From the NCBI RefSeq assembly GCF_006345805.1, contig NW_021835371.1, positions 1 to 40,714 of the forward strand: a DNA stretch of 40,714 nucleotides, written 5' to 3'. This document shows, piece by piece, positions 35,283 through 40,714 of this stretch (its first letter is position 1; every line of letters begins with the position of its first letter). Origin of the DNA: Octopus sinensis. Taxonomy: Eukaryota. A program made the position numbers and the translations under genes. A model generated the notes under the pieces. The model was not told the DNA's origin and made no database searches. It was given only the letters and a program-made list of their open reading frames with translations.

Positions 35283-36124
35283 CTACATTATCTAATATAT
35301 CTTTTCCATTCTCAAGATAGTAATGTGTAATTTGAGGAACATTTGTCTACCATTTCTTGTAGATTGAGTGACCACATAGAGAGGCTTCCTTGTCTGAAAT
35401 TTTACTGTTTTTGCCATTGTCATTTAACCTCAGGTCAACCCTGATCGAACAGATCTAAGATCAAAAGCCTCCTGGCCGTGACGATGTCGTCCTTTTCTTT
35501 TGCATATGAAACCTAAGGTCGCAAGCTCAGAGACGTGTTCTTTCGTGACTCATTGAAGATATGATTTAAGGAAGACCTAGCTGCTATTTCTAGTAGCAGG
35601 TCGAATTATCGTGTTTATGTAGAGAGACTCGGTCGAGTTGATAATGATGTGCAATTATGTGTAGTAGATTTTTGTGGTTTTGACGTCTGATGCTGTGTGT
35701 GGTGGTGGTGATGGTGGTGGTGATGGTGGTGGTGGTGCCGGTGATGCTGGTGGTGGTGCTAATGATGGGGATGATGTCGGTGATGTATTCTTGTGGTAAT
35801 GTCACAATAGTAATAATGTATGATGGTGTGTAACGATGAGGATGGCGGAGATGTATGAAGAGGAGTGTAATGTAATGGTCATGATGATGATGATGATGAA
35901 CCACAGTCTAAAAGAATGTAATATCGTGTTCTAGGATTGCTGTATTTGTTAATTTATTTACATTTTGTTCTGTTTCTTTTGTATTATCAGTTTTCTTTTG
36001 CTTTTGTTTATTTCATTTGTTTTTGTTCTATTTTTTTTCTTGCTACTTTCACGATTTATTTTAGATATTTTTTTCTTGTTTCTATATTTTTATTCGGTCT
36101 GATATATTTCTTTCTCTCTCTCCT

Positions 36125-36174
<50 letters not shown>

Positions 36175-36777
36175 TTTTCTCTATGAAGCGCACAGCCGAA
36201 TACTTACGCACACACATACACATATGCAAGTACTGTGTGTATGTGTGTGTATGTATTTTCTAGAGTGCATAATTTCTTGGTTTAAACAATACACTACCCA
36301 CACACACATATATATACACATATATATACATGCACAAATGAACTACAAGATGGACAAAGTACGAGTGCGCATGCACACATAAAAAACTAAGTGGAATGGT
36401 GATAGAGAGAAGGTTGCCTTTTGTCCATCTCTCTCTTTTGTCCATTTCTCTCTATCTATCTACCTCTCTATCTATCTTAGAATATATTTTGAAATAAAGT
36501 GTACTTTCGTACAAATCTCCGTTGTCATTGGTAACAATGCAAATAATCTATCAAAAAGGGTCAGTAAACGTCTTATATCAATGACCTAATGACCCTTCCG
36601 TGCAATTGATGATAACATATCGAACCCGATCATAGAAATTTCTGAAACAAAATAAAAAGTATAATTAATAGAAAAAGTATTTCTTGATTCAAAAACAATA
36701 ATTCTTTCGTTCTTTTAAGGCATTACCGCTTTTTTTTTATAAGAAATATTCATAGAAATTTAATTAAAATACTCAAC

Positions 36778-37190
36778 AGGCGCAGGAGTGGCTGTGTGGT
36801 AAGTAGCTTGCTTACCAACCACATGGTTCCGGGTTCAGTCCCACTGCGTGGCATCTTGGGCAAGTGTCTTCTGCTATAGCCTCAGGCCGACCAATGCCTT
36901 GTGAGTGGATTTGGTAGACGGAAACTGAAAGAAGCCTGTCGTATATATGTATATACATATGTATGTGTATGTATGTCTGTGTGTCTGTGTTTGTCCCCCT
37001 AGCATTGCTTGACAACCGATGCTGGTGTGTTTACGTCCCCGTCACTTAGCGGTTCGGCAAAAGACACCGATAGAATAAGTACTGGGTTTACAAATAATAA
37101 GTCCCGGGGTCGATTTGCTCGACTAAAGGTGGTGCTCCAGCATGGCCGCAGTCAAATGACTGAAACAAGTAAAAGAGTAAAAGAGAGTAA
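36778..37190 (+). mobile_element. Full-length SINE family A
   Basis: As for 22381-22816. Confidence 0.9.
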
Positions 37191-37244
37191 CGAAATTGAT
37201 AAAGAACAATAAAAACTTAGTCATACCATATTTGGTAAAATTAA

Positions 37245-38168
37245 GGCGACGAGCTGGCAGGATCGTTAGCACGCCGGAAAAATTGCTTAGCAGCATTTCT
37301 TCCGGTTTTATTGCTCTGATTTTAAATTCTGCCGAGGTCGGCTTTGCCTTACATCTTTTGGGGCTGATAAAATAAGTGCCAGTTGAACACTGGGGTCTAT
37401 GTGATTGACTTACCCCCTCCACGAAATGGCTAGTTCCGTAACAAAATTTGGAAACATTATTATTAGTAGTAGCAATATTAACGTGATGAGTTGGCAGAAG
37501 AGTCAGCACGCCAGACAAAATGCTTAGCGGCATTTCTTCCGGGCATTTTGCCCTGAATTCAAATTCCGCTGCGGTCAACTTTGCTTCTCATCCTTTTGCA
37601 GTCAATAAAATAAGTATCAGTTTAAGTGCTGGAATCGATGTAATCCACTAGCACCCTCCCACACACCTCATCGCAGCCCACAACATTTCAGGCCTAGTGA
37701 TATAGTCGGAGTATCGACCCCTTGGATAACCGCATAGACAACCCAACCTCCACCACCTCAGAAGTCAGTATTTATCACTTCGAGCTGGCAGAAACGTTAG
37801 CACACCGGGAGAAATGCTTAGCAGTAATTCGTCTGCAGTTACGTTCTGAGTTCAAATTCCGCCGAGGTCGACTTTGCCTTTCATCCTTTCGGGGTCGATT
37901 AAATAAGCACCAGTTACGCACTGGGGTCGATATAATCGACTTAATTCGTTTGTCTGTCCTTGTTTGTCCTCTCTGTGTTTAGCCCCTTGTGGGTACTAAA
38001 GAAATAGGTATTTCGTCTGCCGCTACGTTCTGAGTTCAAATTCCGCCGAGGTCGACGTTGCCTTTCGAGGTCGATTAAATAAGTACCAGTTACGCACTGG
38101 GGTCGATATAATCGACTTAATCCGTTTGTCTGTCCTTGTTTGTCCTCTCTGTGTTTAGTAAAGAAATA
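37245..38168 (+). mobile_element. Same-orientation cluster of four SINE B copies (two B2, then a tandem B1-B1)
   Basis: Heads near 37245, 37487 and 37781; a headless body starts at 38007 directly after the aaagaaata tail. Confidence 0.85.
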
Positions 38169-38244
38169 AGTTATTGAAATTATTTCCATGGATTTAGATT
38201 TTAGTCTGCTGTGACCCCGGGATCTCATATGACTGCAGATTAAC

Positions 38245-38470
38245 GCGATTATCATGGCGTATAAGTAACTGAGGTCATAACACTCCTCCCAACCCCTGAA
38301 CAGGACGCCGATTCGTCGCAGAGTTAACTTTCAAGCTATTGCTGGAACCCATTTACGGCTGAGTAGACTGGAGCAACCTAAAATGGAAGTGTTTTACTGA
38401 AGATTAAAACGCGCCGGTCTGTCCGAGAATTGAAACTACGACTTTACGATCACGAGTGCAATACTCTAAC
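38245..38470 (-). mobile_element. tRNA-headed SINE family E
   Basis: Minus strand gttagagtattgcactcgtgatcgtaaagtcgtagtttcaattctc head, then ccagtctactcagccgtaaatgggttcc core shared with 197-305. Confidence 0.6.
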
Positions 38471-38721
38471 TGCCGTTGCAACCAGAATATGAGAAAACAT
38501 GGTTAATAAAGGATTAGTACTTGCACACTTGTGTGCACGTCCTTTCGATTATATCTGATGCCAAGACCCACCTACACAATAAAAAAAATCAGCACTCTGT
38601 AAGCAATATAATTCTGGAAGCTATAATAACCTGTTGTAGGAACCATCGAGGCAGGTGCAACAACTATAAACTTTCTCAAGTCGCGCACTTAGAAACCTCC
38701 GGTTTTCCGTGCTTTCAACAG

Positions 38722-38783
38722 TGAACTAGCAATTGGATGGTATGCAATCTCTCCGCCAATTCATATCGCCAGCGCGATCGCAA
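38722..38783 (+). CDS. Candidate 62-nt coding exon ((x)ELAIGWYAISPPIHIASAIA)
   Basis: Acceptor cctccggttttccgtgctttcaacag|, donor CAA|GTGAGT; only one frame is open; unique sequence; peptide not recognised. Confidence 0.35.
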
Positions 38784-38815
38784 GTGAGTAAACACACAGA
38801 CACACACACGTAGTA

Positions 38816-38976
38816 TCTTCTTTGCAACAAAATACAGCAAGTTTCATGCTGGGCGGAAGATACCTGGCCCAGCTTAGATCAAGGTCTGATAATTGCCAAG
38901 TTGGTTTGCAACAGCTTGATGTAAGCAGGACCAGATATCTTCCTCTCAGCATGAAAGTTATTTGTTGCAAGAAAGA
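38816..38976. ncRNA. Long imperfect RNA-hairpin-forming inverted repeat
   Basis: 38842-38883 pairs gap-free with 38915-38956 (36 WC, 1 GU, 5 mismatches on +); outer ttgcaacaaa/tttgttgcaa. Confidence 0.45.
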
Positions 38977-39049
38977 CATTGCATGCGAAATATTAACTCT
39001 CAATTTTATCGAGTGCTTTATTTCACTGAACCTGTCGACAAACGAACAG

Positions 39050-39385
39050 TACACTAGACTGCGGCCATACTGGGGCACTCCCTTGAAGAATTTTAGTCGA
39101 ATAAATCAACCCCAATTCTCGGCACTTATTCTACCGATCTCTTTTAACGAATAGCTATGTTACAGGAAATAAACACTCTAACACGTGTTGTTAAGCGGTG
39201 ATGGGGAAAGACGCAGATATACACATACATATATATACACGACGGGCTTCTTTTTTTAGTTTTCGTCTACCAAATCCACTCACAAAACTTTGGTCAGCCC
39301 GAGGTTATAGCAGAAGACACTTGCCAAAGGTGCCAGACAGTGGTACGAAGTTAGGAAGCAAGTTTCTTACCACACAGCCACTCCT
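39050..39385 (-). mobile_element. Diverged SINE family A copy
   Basis: gactgcggccatactggggcac...cttattctaccgatctc 3' half plus ccgtctacc-type/ccacacagccactcctg head on the minus strand. Confidence 0.7.
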
Positions 39386-39510
39386 GTGGTTTCAATGTAT
39401 CTGGAATGTGGAGTAATATTCATTTATTGAAAACATTTAACAATCAGCAGGTTTGTTTTGGTATAATGTAGCTCATCAGAGAATGAACCTACAGCCTATA
39501 AAATATTATT

Positions 39511-39571
<61 letters not shown>

Positions 39572-39715
39572 CTATATAATATATATACATACACACACAT
39601 ATATAGATATATATATATATATATAATATATATATATATATATTATATAATTATATATTACGGAGATGTACTTGCATAGCAATGACCTGATCTGAGATCG
39701 TGTGCTGGAACGAAA

Positions 39716-39989
39716 ACAATTGCAGCGTGGAAGGTGTTTATAAGCCATTTAAAAGAAACGCACAAATACCGTTAAATTCACTTCAACAATTAATTTAATA
39801 ATTTGTCAAAATATTTTCGTCGCTTTGAGACCGCGACCTGTTCACTGACAAAAATTCGTGCTGTGAACAGGTCGCGGTCTCAAAGCGACGAAAATATTTT
39901 GACAAATTAAATTTAAATGTTGAAGTGAATCTAACGGTTTTTGTGCGTTTTTTTTAAATGGCTTATAAACACCTTACCCGCTGCAATTG

Positions 39990-39990
<1 letters not shown>
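39716..39990. repeat. 275-bp palindrome (about 130-bp arms, 17-nt spacer)
   Basis: acaattgcagcg...cgacctgttcac [39846-39862] gtgaacaggtcg...cgctgcaattgt; the inner ~46 bp is perfect. Confidence 0.9.
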
Positions 39991-40077
<87 letters not shown>

Positions 40078-40175
40078 ATCCGGTTTCTGACTGAAGATCA
40101 AAGGCTTCGAATGACCCGTCTGTTTTCTGTGTTCGTCCCTTTGTGTATTTCACGTTCTTGTTTCTTTATATATAA

Positions 40176-40578
40176 CTAGCAGTATCGCCCGGCGTTGCTC
40201 GGGTTTGTAAGGGAAATAACTATATAAGCATTTTTAGAGAGTTATAGCCAAAAAATAGCAAAAAAATGCATCAAAAATGAAAATAAAATTATGGTAAATT
40301 TTTTTTTAAATCGTTGACTCATCGTAGACATTTTTAGAGAGTTACTTCCCCTATATAATAGCGAAAAAATGCATTAAAATGGAAAAAAAATTATGGTAAA
40401 TTTTTTTTTAAAGCGTAGACTCATCGTAGATGCACGCTAATACCCAGAAGGACTCGATATGAATCACGACTATAAGATACTCGGTTTGGGTTAAACTGCA
40501 CCGCAAAATGTGGGAGTAGTTAGGAATCTAAATCGTAGGAGACAGACACTCACACAACTTCACTTTTATATATAAAGA
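40176..40578 (-). mobile_element. Non-autonomous Helitron (copy 3 of 3)
   Basis: A|CTAG...hairpin...AAAGA|T on +, i.e. TC...CTAG on - at an A|T target. Confidence 0.9.
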
Positions 40579-40714
40579 TTTTTATACCTATATATACATA
40601 TATATATATATGTATGAAATTGATAGATAACTTAAACGTGTGGAATAGTCTTTTGTACCCGAGCCAGTCCAGCAGCTCTTAAAATTTTTTTGTGTTAATA
40701 ATTAAATAGTTGCG

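Noticed and set aside
40091-40120. Hammerhead-like CTGAAGA...GAAT...GTC
   Set aside because: GAAA core is altered, stem II is poor and no stem I partner was found.

Overview
AT-rich, repeat-saturated eukaryotic DNA with no recognisable complete host gene. It is most likely a long intron of a coleoid cephalopod (octopus-like); this is an inference from the tRNA-derived SINE repertoire and microsatellite load. Most long ORFs in the track are microsatellite artefacts. Content: at least six SINE families (labelled A-F here), three ~400 bp non-autonomous Helitrons, hAT/Tc1/mariner MITEs, and decayed LINE pieces (Dong/R4, L1/Tx1, RTE, possibly Penelope). The most interesting signals are: (1) a strong zero-length-exon / recursive-splice motif (pyrimidine tract-CAG|GTAAGT) at 9826/9827 on the + strand, inside a speculative phase-compatible + strand three-exon model; (2) two miRNA/ADAR-like hairpins in unique sequence (9065-9151, 38816-38976) and a 275 bp palindrome; (3) a SINE subfamily whose 3' tail matches the 3' end of a LINE-like element found twice inside (GATA)n tracts, and which itself appears to insert before RGT, including into its own body. 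All calls come from reading the sequence only; no database searches or folding programs were run.
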